A DNA stretch of 51,215 nt. Source: an uncultured Chitinophagaceae bacterium. GTDB lineage: Bacteria; Bacteroidota; Bacteroidia; Chitinophagales; Chitinophagaceae. The stretch lies in the NCBI GenBank assembly GCA_964387165.1, contig CAYLVR010000001.1, positions 1 through 51,215 of the forward strand. Reading direction: 5' to 3'. The notes under the pieces are model-generated. The model saw only the letters and a list, made by a program, of their open reading frames with translations. It searched no databases and was not told the DNA's origin. A program made the translations under genes and the position numbers. This document shows positions 36,900-47,236 of this stretch, piece after piece (position 1 is the stretch's first letter; the number at the start of each line of letters is the position of its first letter).

Positions 36900-38708
36900 C
36901 TAACTATACGGTGATTTTTCTGTCTGACTGAAATGTAATCCTGCATAAAAACCTCCACGAGCCAATAACTCCTCGTGCGTGCCAATCTCCTTAATCTCGC
37001 CCTTATCCAAAACGATGATCTTGCTGGCTTTACGAATAGTTGACAGCCTGTGGGCAATAACTATAGATGTACGACCGGAGATGAGTGCGTCTATGGCCCT
37101 TTGAATAAGCTGTTCACTTTCGGTATCAATAGAAGATGTGGCCTCATCTAAGATCAATATGGATGGGTCATATAATAATGCCCTGATGAATGAAATCAGC
37201 TGGCGCTGACCAAGGGAAAGCGTTCCACCCCTTTCCATTACATTATAATCATATCCACCGGGCAGTTGCATAATAAAATCATGTACGTCTATCAGCTTCG
37301 CAGCATGCACCACCTGCTCCTTTGATATCGCAGGATTTCTCAACGTAATATTATCCATTACAGTCCCCGAAAACAAAAACACGTCCTGTAACACAACACC
37401 AATATCTTTTCTTAATGCTTCAAGCTTGTAATCCTCAATCTTCACGTCATCAATTTTAATTGTGCCTTTCTGAATATGATAAAGCCTGTTTAATAAACTA
37501 ATAATCGAAGTTTTCCCACTGCCCGTATGTCCGACAATAGCAATAGTTTCGCCCGGTTTAGCAACAAAAGAAATATTTTTTAATACATATCGATTTTCGA
37601 TATAAGCGAACCAAACTTTATCAAATTCTATTTTGCCTTTAATAACTCCAGGCGTGTATTCGCCTTCTGTTTTTATATAATCATCATTATCCAGCACTTT
37701 AAATACTCTTTCGCTGGCTACCATTCCCATTTGCAGCACGTTGAATTTATCTGCAATAACCCTTAATGGTCTGAATAATAAATTAAGACACATATAAAAC
37801 CCTATAATCTTACCAATATAGTCCTTTGCATCTGCACCCTGAATATTGAAAGCATGGGTTGCAGCCCACCATACCATTAGCCCGGTACCAACAGCCAGCA
37901 CTATTTCAACTATGGGGAAAAAAACAGAGTATGCAAATATGGCATTGATATTTGCGTTCCTGTGCTCCTTATTTATTTTTTTGAATTTTCCGAACTCTTT
38001 ATCTTCTACAGCAAACGCCTGCACGATATGCATTCCGGTAATATGTTCCTGAACAAATGCATTTAATTGAGCCACTGCGTTGCGGACACGAATAAATGAT
38101 TTATTTACGCTTTCTTTAAACAGCCATGTTGCGATGAGTAAAAACGGGAAAGGCGCCAGGCTGATCAATGTTAGCTGCCAGTCTATATAAAACATTGCAC
38201 CGAGAATGCAGATGATAGATAACGTGTCTGCTATAATAGGAATCAGGCCTTCAGCGAAAATATCATTAATGCGTTCAATATCGTCGACCGTTCTGGTTGT
38301 TAAGGTCCCTACCGGCGTTTTATCGAATTGACCGAGATTAAGTCCGAGGATTTTTTCATATACTTTTACCCGAAGGTCCTTTACAACTGTCTGCCCCAGC
38401 CATGCACTGAGAAATGAAAAATAAAAACGAAAAGCTGATTCAATAAGAAGTAAACCGATCTGAATAACGGTGATCCAGATGATAAGGTCCTTCATTTTTA
38501 ATTTTATTTCCGCCGAGGCACCCACTCCACCGTTTATATAATCGTTGATGGAATATTGAATAAGGATTGGTCTTACCGGTGAGAAAAATGCAAGTATCAC
38601 AGCAAGCGCAAGCGAAATAAAAAACTTCGTTTTATAGGGAGAGGCAAACTTTAATACCCTTCGTAGCAATCCAAAATCAAAAATCTTCTTTCCCGTACTT
38701 CCAGCCAT
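36900..38708 (-). CDS. ABC exporter, fused permease/ATPase (MsbA/lipid-A-exporter-like)
   Basis: Six-TM N-terminal half, Walker A GHTGSGKTS, signature LSLGQRQ and Walker B ILILDEATS. Confidence 0.92.
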   Translation of the reverse strand: MAGSTGKKIFDFGLLRRVLKFASPYKTKFFISLALAVILAFFSPVRPILIQYSINDYINGGVGASAEIKLKMKDLIIWITVIQIGLLLIESAFRFYFSFLSAWLGQTVVKDLRVKVYEKILGLNLGQFDKTPVGTLTTRTVDDIERINDIFAEGLIPIIADTLSIICILGAMFYIDWQLTLISLAPFPFLLIATWLFKESVNKSFIRVRNAVAQLNAFVQEHITGMHIVQAFAVEDKEFGKFKKINKEHRNANINAIFAYSVFFPIVEIVLAVGTGLMVWWAATHAFNIQGADAKDYIGKIIGFYMCLNLLFRPLRVIADKFNVLQMGMVASERVFKVLDNDDYIKTEGEYTPGVIKGKIEFDKVWFAYIENRYVLKNISFVAKPGETIAIVGHTGSGKTSIISLLNRLYHIQKGTIKIDDVKIEDYKLEALRKDIGVVLQDVFLFSGTVMDNITLRNPAISKEQVVHAAKLIDVHDFIMQLPGGYDYNVMERGGTLSLGQRQLISFIRALLYDPSILILDEATSSIDTESEQLIQRAIDALISGRTSIVIAHRLSTIRKASKIIVLDKGEIKEIGTHEELLARGGFYAGLHFSQTEKSPYS

Positions 38709-38722
38709 TTTGCGAAATTAAA

Positions 38723-38775
38723 GAAATCCCCCGTTTCGCCTCCGGCGAAGCTTCCCCTTTTTCAAAGGGTGAGAG
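38723..38775 (+). repeat. double-hairpin intergenic repeat element
   Basis: gaaatccccc-gtttcgcc-tcc-ggcgaagc-ttc-ccccttt-ttc-aaagggt-gagag. The stem changes relative to copy 35292 are compensatory. Confidence 0.75.
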
Positions 38776-38821
38776 GTAACTTCCGAATATTTTGAATATA
38801 TGTGGTTTTACAGGGAGATTT

Positions 38822-41002
38822 TTATTCTCCCATCGACTTGCGGTACGCCTTTATGAAAATAGCGCCCATATTTTTATATGGAGGAATATAATCATCGAAT
38901 TTTTCTTTGGATGCAGTATCAGTAAATCTTGTACTGAGATCTTTCCAGGTCGTCATCCAGTCAATATTCTTTCCTGCCACAAGATCATTATTGATAGCCT
39001 GTAAAATCGGTTCATTAACCGTTTTTGTTCCCACCTGCTTCGAAGAAATAATCTGTGCATCTTCACATATAGTGAGCACTTCATTAAGATTATTATATCC
39101 ACCACATGAACCAAGCACAACAATTTTCGCCGATGGCGCCAGTTGTTTCAATGTGTACTGCAAATGATAACTGTGTCCCCGATGAATAACCACAGAAGGT
39201 TTCAAATTATTTTCGGTCATATAATCGGCCAGTTTAGCCTGCGCTTTTGCATCAGGATCATCTTCGCCCAACAAAGGTTTATTTGCTAATATCAGCACAG
39301 GTTTTCCTTTTACAGAAGTAATAGTTGTCCAGTTTTCATTGTCCTGGATTTTCCATTCTTTTTTCCCTTTGAACATACCCATAAAATTTATATAGGAATT
39401 CTGTCCATCCCTATCCTCATCCCCATAAAAAAATACCTGCTGTACTACCCGGCCGCTGTCATCAGTTAACCCGGTATAATCCTGTCCATAAATTGATGGT
39501 ATTCCCAGTTGCTGTGTCAAATCAACTTTATTATCGGGATCAGCAGATTCAAATAATATTTTCAACAAATTATAAATTACGATTCCACGTTTATTACTGT
39601 TCGCAATATTCCTGTCGTAGTTCCATTTCACTTCATCTGCAATAAATTTCGCGAGTGCCGGGTTTTTATCAACTATACTACTATAAGAATCTGCCACGTC
39701 AACAGCTTCTTCCAGGCCGTCTGTCGATTCAAGTCTTATTGCAAATGCTTTCATGGTAGTGGTCACATTTGCATTATCCATTTTACTTAGAAAATCGTTT
39801 AATGTATTATACCCTGCGGCCATTTTAATAAACTTCCTGAAATAGTCGCCATTCACACTAAGCAATAAACTGTCGGCACGCGGCTCTTTCATGCGCTGCC
39901 ACATTCTTTTATACACACCTAAATAACTGGAAGTATAAATTTCATCTTCCCCCAAAACAATTAAATAATATAATTCCTGGGGGGTTAGTTCCTCAATGCC
40001 ATGAAATCTTTTTGCGTCTGGTTCAGAATGCAATGCATTTATTTCACGAACGAAATATTGTTTTGCTTTTGCCGACATACGATCAGTTAGTGCGTGCATT
40101 CCCATTATTGAATCCTTGAACGGCGGCAATAAACGTTTCGCATATTCAATACGCGTTTTAACCATCAGGCGATAATACTGCAGATCATTATCTTTCACTT
40201 TATCGATATCAGCCAGTGTGATCTCCTTTTTCATCAGGTTATCAAGAAAAGGAAAATACAACTGTCCGCTTTTGCTTGAAGCAATCGTGCCGATCATTCT
40301 TACCAGCGAATCTGAATGGTTCCTGATTTTTGAGCCCAAAGCATTTCTTGCAGCAGCATAATCATATAATTTCCTGATATCCCGGTGTGCGGCAATTTGT
40401 ATGAACTGATCCGTAAAAGGCAGATCGGGATTTTTATTTAATTCTGAAAGAATTTCATCGGGATGGAGGTCGAGATATTTTTTTGTAAGAAGAATACGTG
40501 ATGGTTTAACTCCGGGGTTTTCCGTAGGAAACACAAAACAGTCTATCAGTAATTTGCCTATGCCATACTCATTAGCAGCGATAACAGGTTCAATACTTTC
40601 TCCTTTCCTGTCGAGCAACATCGCTTCTTTAAAAGCTTTCAACATGGCCTGCGCCATTGATACAGGATAATCTTTCCCGTTTTTTTTCCTGTTATATCCT
40701 TTTAATAATGTTTCGAGAGATTTGAGGGATTTTACTTTTACCTGCCCGGCAATGGTTGAATCCAGTTCTATCTGTTCCTGTAATTCATTTACCTGGCGCT
40801 GCAAAACATCTTCCACATGGTTCTTAATGGCGTCGTTGTCTGAAAGTTCAGCAGAGTCTTTTGAGCTGAATACCAGTTGCTGCTGTTTATCTACCAGGTC
40901 ATGGAATAGCATCCTCTCAGTAGGAATTTTGAAAGTGTAGGATGTTTGAGAAAATACCGTCAGCGGCAGCAGTAAAACAATAATTAATCGGAAACGATTC
41001 AT
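38822..41002 (-). CDS. large secreted protein of unknown function with a C-terminal candidate His/Cys (caspase-fold-like) module
   Basis: Signal peptide; 726 aa. C-terminal segments VLILANKP ... SVVIHRGHS ... KIVVLGSCGGY, with the His codon at 39173-39175 and the Cys codon at 39104-39106. Confidence 0.55.
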   Translation of the reverse strand: MNRFRLIIVLLLPLTVFSQTSYTFKIPTERMLFHDLVDKQQQLVFSSKDSAELSDNDAIKNHVEDVLQRQVNELQEQIELDSTIAGQVKVKSLKSLETLLKGYNRKKNGKDYPVSMAQAMLKAFKEAMLLDRKGESIEPVIAANEYGIGKLLIDCFVFPTENPGVKPSRILLTKKYLDLHPDEILSELNKNPDLPFTDQFIQIAAHRDIRKLYDYAAARNALGSKIRNHSDSLVRMIGTIASSKSGQLYFPFLDNLMKKEITLADIDKVKDNDLQYYRLMVKTRIEYAKRLLPPFKDSIMGMHALTDRMSAKAKQYFVREINALHSEPDAKRFHGIEELTPQELYYLIVLGEDEIYTSSYLGVYKRMWQRMKEPRADSLLLSVNGDYFRKFIKMAAGYNTLNDFLSKMDNANVTTTMKAFAIRLESTDGLEEAVDVADSYSSIVDKNPALAKFIADEVKWNYDRNIANSNKRGIVIYNLLKILFESADPDNKVDLTQQLGIPSIYGQDYTGLTDDSGRVVQQVFFYGDEDRDGQNSYINFMGMFKGKKEWKIQDNENWTTITSVKGKPVLILANKPLLGEDDPDAKAQAKLADYMTENNLKPSVVIHRGHSYHLQYTLKQLAPSAKIVVLGSCGGYNNLNEVLTICEDAQIISSKQVGTKTVNEPILQAINNDLVAGKNIDWMTTWKDLSTRFTDTASKEKFDDYIPPYKNMGAIFIKAYRKSMGE

Positions 41003-41225
41003 AATAGATGGTAAAGTTAAGGAATCCCGCTTACCTACCCGGGTTGCCCCGCACCACCAATGCCATGAAATTCTTCGCTGGCATGCTCATTCACAGTAGA
41101 TTAGCATTTCCCTAACAATTTAAATTATTGACCTTTGTTGCAGCAAACCCCTGGAAGGGATGGGTATAGCCGGGATAGCGAATGGCTTAACAATTTGATA
41201 ACCCACTTCTGATCGAATGGAAAAT

Positions 41226-41233
41226 TAACTTTG
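41226..41233 (+). promoter_or_regulatory. Bacteroidetes-type -7 promoter box upstream of the response regulator gene
   Basis: TAACTTTG, ending 14 nt before the ATG at 41248. Confidence 0.4.
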
Positions 41234-41247
41234 CGTAAATTTTTCAG

Positions 41248-41928
41248 ATGGAGTTAAGCGCTAAAAAGGTACTGATAGCAGACGATGAGCCGGACATATT
41301 GGAAATAATAGAATATAACCTTACAAAAGAAGGCTACCAGGTAACTACAGCAAAAGACGGTGATGATGCACTTACAAAAGCCAGGTCCGTTAAACCTGAA
41401 CTGATCATTCTCGACATTATGATGCCAAAAAAGAACGGCGTTGAGGTTTGCGAGATACTACGTACGCAGAAGAACTTTAAAGATACACTCATCATTTTTC
41501 TTACTGCCTTGAATGATGAAAGCTCGCATATAAAGGGTCTCGAAACAGGCGCCGATGATTATATAAACAAGCCTGTTAGCCCAAAAGTACTGGTCAGCAA
41601 AGTAAATGCCCTTTTCCGGCGCATAAAAACGGAACCCGGCACTACTGTTATTAAAATCGCTAACCTCGAAATAGACCCGGTTAAATTTGAGGTGATCGTT
41701 GATGACAATACTGTGATCCTGGCCAAAAAGGAGTTTGAATTACTATATGTGCTGGCCTCCAAACCAGGGCGGGTATTTTTAAGAAACGAAATCCTTAACC
41801 AGGTATGGGGAAATGATGTAATTGTGGGCGACAGAACAATAGATGTCCATATTCGCAAAATCAGGCAGAAGCTTGGCGTGGACTGTATTACTACTGTTAA
41901 AGGAGTAGGGTACAAATTTGATTTATAA
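41248..41928 (+). CDS. OmpR/PhoB family response regulator (PhoP-like)
   Basis: Receiver domain (IADDEPDI..., ILDIMMPKKNG, GADDYINKP) plus a winged-helix C-terminus (VGYKF). It resembles my recollection of Bacillus PhoP. Confidence 0.9.
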   Translation: MELSAKKVLIADDEPDILEIIEYNLTKEGYQVTTAKDGDDALTKARSVKPELIILDIMMPKKNGVEVCEILRTQKNFKDTLIIFLTALNDESSHIKGLETGADDYINKPVSPKVLVSKVNALFRRIKTEPGTTVIKIANLEIDPVKFEVIVDDNTVILAKKEFELLYVLASKPGRVFLRNEILNQVWGNDVIVGDRTIDVHIRKIRQKLGVDCITTVKGVGYKFDL

Positions 41929-42001
41929 CCACCTCCTTTACCAGGGCTTCGGTGATAAAAGAGAATGATCTCTCATAAATTCAATTAGTTTAAATTACAG
42001 G

Positions 42002-43051
42002 ATGTTCTCTGCAAAGAATCTCTCTCCTAACCAGTTATCGGCTTTAATTGCACTTGCGTTAAGTTTTCCGATCGCTTTAGGCGTGTTTTTTATTTCTGGC
42101 AACTGGAAGGAAGCTGTTATATTCTTCGGTATAATATGGCTGGGTAGTTATGGATTGATACGGTTCACTTTCGAAAAATTTATATATAGAAAAATTAAAC
42201 TGATATATAAATTAATCAATCAAACAAAAGCCACACGTAAAGAAGAGATTTATTATAAATATATACTGCCTCAGAAAAGTATAGATGAAGTGAGAGAAGA
42301 TGTGGAAGCATGGATGATTAAAAAAAACCAGGAAATTGAATTGCTGCAGAAGAATGAAGAGTACCGGAAAGAATTTTTGCAGAACCTCGCCCATGAATTT
42401 AAAACACCCATTTTTGCCATACAGGGATATGTCGAAACATTACTCAGCGGCGCAATGGAAGAAGAAATAATCAGGAAAAAGTTTTTAGAAAATACTTCCA
42501 AAAATGCGGACCGGCTGGTTAATCTTGTTCGTGACCTCGACGAAATTACCAGCCTTGAAAGTGGAGAACAATTATTATATAAGACCAATTTTATTATCCA
42601 GGACCAGGTTCGTGAAGCCTATGACTCCCTCGCATTAAACCTCCAGCAAAGAAAGATTGCCGCTACTATTAAAAAGGGATGCGAAGCCCCTATTTCCGTA
42701 TTTGCTGATAAAGAAAAGATAAGGCAGGTATTAATTAACCTCGTGGAAAACGCGTGTAAATACGGCAAACAGAATGGGACAGTTACGGCGAGTATTTACG
42801 TTACCGATGAAAAACATGTTCTTGTAGAAATCAGCGACGATGGAATTGGCATTGAAGAAGAACACCTGCCAAGAATTTTCGAAAGATTTTACCGTACCGA
42901 CATGGCTCGCAGCAGGGACAAAGGCGGCACTGGGCTGGGCCTCGCTATCTGTAAGCATATCGTTGAGGCTCATGGCCAAAGTATACATGTACGCAGTACT
43001 CCCGACGTTGGGACGACCATAGGATTTACCCTCGATCTGCGTCGGGATTAA
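42002..43051 (+). CDS. sensor histidine kinase (PhoR-like H-box)
   Basis: Two N-terminal TM helices, H-box LAHEFKTPIFAIQGYVETLLSGAMEE, N box, and G boxes DDGIGI and GGTGLGLAI. Confidence 0.88.
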   Translation: MFSAKNLSPNQLSALIALALSFPIALGVFFISGNWKEAVIFFGIIWLGSYGLIRFTFEKFIYRKIKLIYKLINQTKATRKEEIYYKYILPQKSIDEVREDVEAWMIKKNQEIELLQKNEEYRKEFLQNLAHEFKTPIFAIQGYVETLLSGAMEEEIIRKKFLENTSKNADRLVNLVRDLDEITSLESGEQLLYKTNFIIQDQVREAYDSLALNLQQRKIAATIKKGCEAPISVFADKEKIRQVLINLVENACKYGKQNGTVTASIYVTDEKHVLVEISDDGIGIEEEHLPRIFERFYRTDMARSRDKGGTGLGLAICKHIVEAHGQSIHVRSTPDVGTTIGFTLDLRRD

Positions 43052-43122
43052 GCATTTTAATCTCCGGATTTATACTATTACAGCCATTTTTGAGTTAATA
43101 TGTATTATTAATCCAAATACCC

Positions 43123-44061
43123 ATGAAAACAACAGGTTGGCTTGTTGCTTTAATGCTATGCGCGCTGGTACCCTATTATGGCACATCACAGTGCGGCACA
43201 ATTCAGACGGTAACTTACGATACTACTATTACCGGCTCAGGCAATAATGAAGATCCTTTTGAATTTACTTTCCCACAATTTAATTCCGCCGAAGGAACTT
43301 TGACAAATGTGAATATAACGGCCACTGTTTCACTTCATTATGATTATGATGTAGAAAACTCAACAAATACAACTAATCTTTATCGCCAGAGATTAACCCG
43401 GTTTGATAATATTTACAGCTCGGTTCTTTCTTCTGAGGAAGAATTAGAGCTGGGGTTTTTAAGAAACTTTCCTACTAATCCCCCGCCTAATCAATATTAT
43501 TCTCATACATTGGCTGCCAATGATGCTGATCCGGGCACTGGTTCCGATTATGCACAAAATTCACTTCAGATCTTAAATAATTATACCGTATTCAACGTAG
43601 ATGTGGGAGTTGCCAATTTTCTTGGTATTGGAAATGTTACTCTCGAATATTTTACAACTACCGAACGGGCAGTTATTCAACAGGGGCCGGTTGTAGCAAA
43701 TAACAATATTACAGATGAAATAACAGTTAGTATAACCTATACCTATTGCGATAATATTCTTCTTGATCCTGATAATACTCCGAGAGTAACAAGGAATCCG
43801 CAAATAAATGAATGGAAAAACAAATTATTTCCTAACCCTTCAATAAACGGGAATTTCAGCCTGCAATTCCATGATTCAAAACGCTCGGACTGGCAGATTG
43901 ATATTTTTAACAGCACCGGTCAGTTAGTTAGCCAGAAAAAATATAATAATACATTAAGAGCCGAAGTAAATAATAACCAACTTGCGAAAGGCATTTATAT
44001 CATTAAGGTCACCAACTTAAAATCGCAGGAAATCTTTTCCGAAAGGTTATTGGTAAAGTAG
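43123..44061 (+). CDS. T9SS (type A C-terminal sorting domain) secreted protein, unknown function
   Basis: Signal peptide plus a C-terminal ~80-aa Por-secretion tail (LFPNPSINGNFSLQF...GIYIIKVTN...ERLLVK). Confidence 0.8.
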   Translation: MKTTGWLVALMLCALVPYYGTSQCGTIQTVTYDTTITGSGNNEDPFEFTFPQFNSAEGTLTNVNITATVSLHYDYDVENSTNTTNLYRQRLTRFDNIYSSVLSSEEELELGFLRNFPTNPPPNQYYSHTLAANDADPGTGSDYAQNSLQILNNYTVFNVDVGVANFLGIGNVTLEYFTTTERAVIQQGPVVANNNITDEITVSITYTYCDNILLDPDNTPRVTRNPQINEWKNKLFPNPSINGNFSLQFHDSKRSDWQIDIFNSTGQLVSQKKYNNTLRAEVNNNQLAKGIYIIKVTNLKSQEIFSERLLVK

Positions 44062-44187
44062 GGTTGTTAAACATTTATTTGTAAATAACCCGCACCCCAA
44101 CAGAATACAGTAGACCTTAAAAATCAATCTATCAAGATTTAATATTAAATCATTGTGATTTTTCGTAACTTCTGCCCAGTAGTTGCC

Positions 44188-45387
44188 ATGAATCTAAAGA
44201 TCACGATATTATTATTTACCCTGCCCTTTGCCTTTTATAACCATTCAGGTGCGCAGACATTTGTGCAGTTTGATTTCTGTGGACAACAACTCCTTTTTTC
44301 TGCAAATAAAGAAGATCAGCAATACCTATCAGGTAAGCTTTCGCAGGAAGAAATACTGTCTTTTTACAATAATACACTACACAACAGGTATGATGCGGCG
44401 ATCCGGGCTTTAAAAGAATATAAGGAGAACTATAAACCCGACGACTGGCTGTATTACCAGCTTATTCGTAAAATGGCCGAAAGTATCAGCCCTAAAGAAA
44501 ACAATTACTTTAACTACACACTATACAAATGGTTCCTATTAACGCAATCAGGATATGATGCAATGATTGCCATAACACCTGCAAAAATGCTTTTTTATAT
44601 CCAATGTGATGAAAATATTTATAATATACCATCGCGCATGAAAAATGGCAGGCAGTATATTTGTCTTAACTATCACGACTATAAAAACATTGATTTTATT
44701 AAGGAGAATTTTACTGAAGTGCCTTTGCCTCCGGGAAATAAAGAAAAAACATTTTCATATAAGGTAACCAAGATTCCTGATATCCAGGCCACTGAATATC
44801 TTGAGAAGGATCTTCATTTTACCTATAACGATAATGAATATCATTTTAAATTAAAACTCACCCCTCAAATACAAAAGCTTTTCATTAATTATCCTGTAGT
44901 AGATTATGCTTACTACATGAATATTCCGTTAAGCAGGGAAGCCTACAATTCACTTATCCCTCAGCTCAGGAAAAGCGTGAAGGGAATGAAAATTAAAAAT
45001 GGCGTCGATTTTATTATGCGTTTTACGCGCTATGCATTCTTATTCGAGCCGGATTCAAAACATTTTGGGGGAGAGAAAAGGTTATCTCCCGAACAAACTT
45101 TATTCTATGATCAGAGCGATTGTGAAGACAGGGTGGCCTTATTCTTTTGCCTGGTTAAGGAAATTTACAATCTTCCAATGATCGTTCTTTCGTATCCCGA
45201 ACATATAACCATTGCTGTATCGTTTAATAAACCTTCCGGCGAAAGTATCATTTACAACGGTCAGAAATATTCGATCTGTGAACCTACTCCTCAAAAAACA
45301 GATCTGACTATAGGCCAGTCGCTGGCAAGCCTGCGTGGGACGGAGTATGAAATAGTTTATCATTATTCACCCATCCCTCAGCAATAG
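44188..45387 (+). CDS. secreted protein with a candidate transglutaminase-like cysteine peptidase core
   Basis: Signal peptide from the ATG at 44188. C-terminal segments DCEDRVALFFCL, YPEHITIAV and SICEPT resemble the TGase-like Cys / His / Asp-Pro-Thr blocks. Confidence 0.5.
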   Translation: MNLKITILLFTLPFAFYNHSGAQTFVQFDFCGQQLLFSANKEDQQYLSGKLSQEEILSFYNNTLHNRYDAAIRALKEYKENYKPDDWLYYQLIRKMAESISPKENNYFNYTLYKWFLLTQSGYDAMIAITPAKMLFYIQCDENIYNIPSRMKNGRQYICLNYHDYKNIDFIKENFTEVPLPPGNKEKTFSYKVTKIPDIQATEYLEKDLHFTYNDNEYHFKLKLTPQIQKLFINYPVVDYAYYMNIPLSREAYNSLIPQLRKSVKGMKIKNGVDFIMRFTRYAFLFEPDSKHFGGEKRLSPEQTLFYDQSDCEDRVALFFCLVKEIYNLPMIVLSYPEHITIAVSFNKPSGESIIYNGQKYSICEPTPQKTDLTIGQSLASLRGTEYEIVYHYSPIPQQ

Positions 45388-45396
45388 CTAAAGTTG

Positions 45397-45837
45397 CTAT
45401 CTGTAAGTGGCCAGAAAAGTATTGGCCGAATCGGTGAGAGGCATAAAATAACTTACGCCATTCACTACATATGCCAGATAATTACAAGAATCACTGGTAG
45501 CAGCGTAAACAGTTTTATAGACAGCCCCATTCCTGTATAAAAACATTTTGTAGTCGTTATCGCAGGACTTTGTGTCGGTTTCAGGATTTTCGAGGAATGA
45601 AATAAAGCTGTTTAAGGCTAAAGTATCACTAACTAAATGACGTATAAAAACTTTCTGATTTTTTTCATCCGGGAAATAATACACCTCCATACTATCTGTT
45701 TGTGAAAAATCAAACCCGGCGACTGCAGCAGAGGCTTCCTGGATATACCCGGATTCATTCTTTTTTTCGTTCATTCCATTACAACCCGCCAGTGCTGCCA
45801 GGGTTATTGACAGCAAGACTATAAAATATATCTTCAT
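45397..45837 (-). CDS. small lipoprotein, unknown function
   Basis: The internal ATG at 45837 gives MKIYFIVLLSITLAALAGC (lipobox). The longer ORF, up to 46023, would overlap the upstream gene and a terminator. Confidence 0.55.
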   Translation of the reverse strand: MKIYFIVLLSITLAALAGCNGMNEKKNESGYIQEASAAVAGFDFSQTDSMEVYYFPDEKNQKVFIRHLVSDTLALNSFISFLENPETDTKSCDNDYKMFLYRNGAVYKTVYAATSDSCNYLAYVVNGVSYFMPLTDSANTFLATYR

Positions 45838-45852
45838 TATTCTGTGTATAAT

Positions 45853-45887
45853 AAAAAAGGACCCGTTCAGAAACATTGAACGGGTCC
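45853..45887 (-). terminator. intrinsic terminator after the 443-aa lipoprotein gene
   Basis: On the minus strand: ggacccgttca-atgtttc-tgaacgggtcc followed by U6, with an 11-bp stem. Confidence 0.8.
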
Positions 45888-45904
45888 AATAAGAATATAA
45901 AAAA

Positions 45905-47236
45905 TTAATAAACATTTGTTTTTGGACTAAAGCTTGTCCAGCCTTCGAGCCAGTTGGTAGTGCCAAGCGCACCGCGGAAAGTACCTGCCGTAAAGAATGC
46001 ATCCAAACCAGTGAAGTCAGCACCTGTAAGTGCAGGAGATCCTGTATCAGGCATCAGGTTGGGAGCAGAGATATTGAACGGATCCTTAAGTTGGATATCG
46101 TTGGGTGATGCATAAGTAATACATCCTTCTGATTCGGCCTTGGTTTGAATCTCTCCGGACGTCATAATGCCGGCTGCGCCACTTAAATATGGATTGGTAA
46201 CGGCGTGTACCAGGTTGTTTTTGAATGCAGAAACTCCATTTTTATAAGCTGTAACCGTCGCGTCTGATTCCATTGCAAAACCGGCCTGGTTGTAGCCCAT
46301 AATTATTGAATTGCGTAAAGAAAAAGTGGAGGCTCTTCTAAAGCGGTTGCCATATTTGTGGCGGGAATTTGTAGACGCGTTATTTGGCCCTACAAAAGTG
46401 AAGTTAGAAAGGTCGGGTTTTGTGAATGGAGTTGCGTCGGTTCCACTTCCGTCATTATCACATTCTATTCCGTTGTTATCATCACCGTTATCAACAGTAT
46501 TAGGATCTTTAACAACAATACCATATTGTATCTTGCCGGTATATCCGAAGTCGAAATCAAAATCATCGTCGGACGATGCATAGCTGATCAGGTTTTTACC
46601 GTTCACCGTTCCACCAAAGAATTCGTAACCATCATCGTTACCAAAAGAAACCTGAATATTTTCAAGTGTGGTGCCTGTACCTACACCACCTAATGTCAGA
46701 CCATTTATTTCGCTGCCTGCAAAAGCGGCAACTCCTGCAAACTCAATACGTACAAATTTTAAAGAACCTGAGGCATCAGCAGCATCAGTGCCACCATAGG
46801 GGCGGTCAAGACCGCCTTCGATTACTGGGGTTGCCGAGCGGTTTGTGGGAGCTTTACCCAATAATACCACCCCGCCCCAATCGCCGGGAGCGCGTTGTCC
46901 GGCAGGTTGCCCCGAAGTAAATACAATTGGTTTTTCCTTCGTTCCGTTTGCGATCAGTTTACCACCTCGTTCAACACAAAGTGCAGCTTTTTCTGCTGTT
47001 GTTGATCCAACAATAACTGTTCCTTCATCAATAGTCAGTGTAACTCCATCCGGCACATATACGTATCCTAAAAGGGTCCATTTTTTATCGGCGGTCAGTC
47101 TCATATTCTCTGTAAGCGTACCCTGAAGCGTAGTATTGTCTGGCGGTGGTATTTCTTCTTCATCATCAGATTTGTCGCAACTCGTTGCCAGAATGGCAAC
47201 CATCGCAAACATTGCCAGGAATTTTTTGTGCATCAT
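45905..47236 (-). CDS. surface/periplasmic lipoprotein, unknown family (G/D-rich, beta-helix-like), partner of the adjacent TonB-dependent receptor
   Basis: Lipobox LATSC. It is Gly/Asp-rich with repeated short strands and has no SusD-like features. Confidence 0.6.
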   Translation of the reverse strand: MMHKKFLAMFAMVAILATSCDKSDDEEEIPPPDNTTLQGTLTENMRLTADKKWTLLGYVYVPDGVTLTIDEGTVIVGSTTAEKAALCVERGGKLIANGTKEKPIVFTSGQPAGQRAPGDWGGVVLLGKAPTNRSATPVIEGGLDRPYGGTDAADASGSLKFVRIEFAGVAAFAGSEINGLTLGGVGTGTTLENIQVSFGNDDGYEFFGGTVNGKNLISYASSDDDFDFDFGYTGKIQYGIVVKDPNTVDNGDDNNGIECDNDGSGTDATPFTKPDLSNFTFVGPNNASTNSRHKYGNRFRRASTFSLRNSIIMGYNQAGFAMESDATVTAYKNGVSAFKNNLVHAVTNPYLSGAAGIMTSGEIQTKAESEGCITYASPNDIQLKDPFNISAPNLMPDTGSPALTGADFTGLDAFFTAGTFRGALGTTNWLEGWTSFSPKTNVY

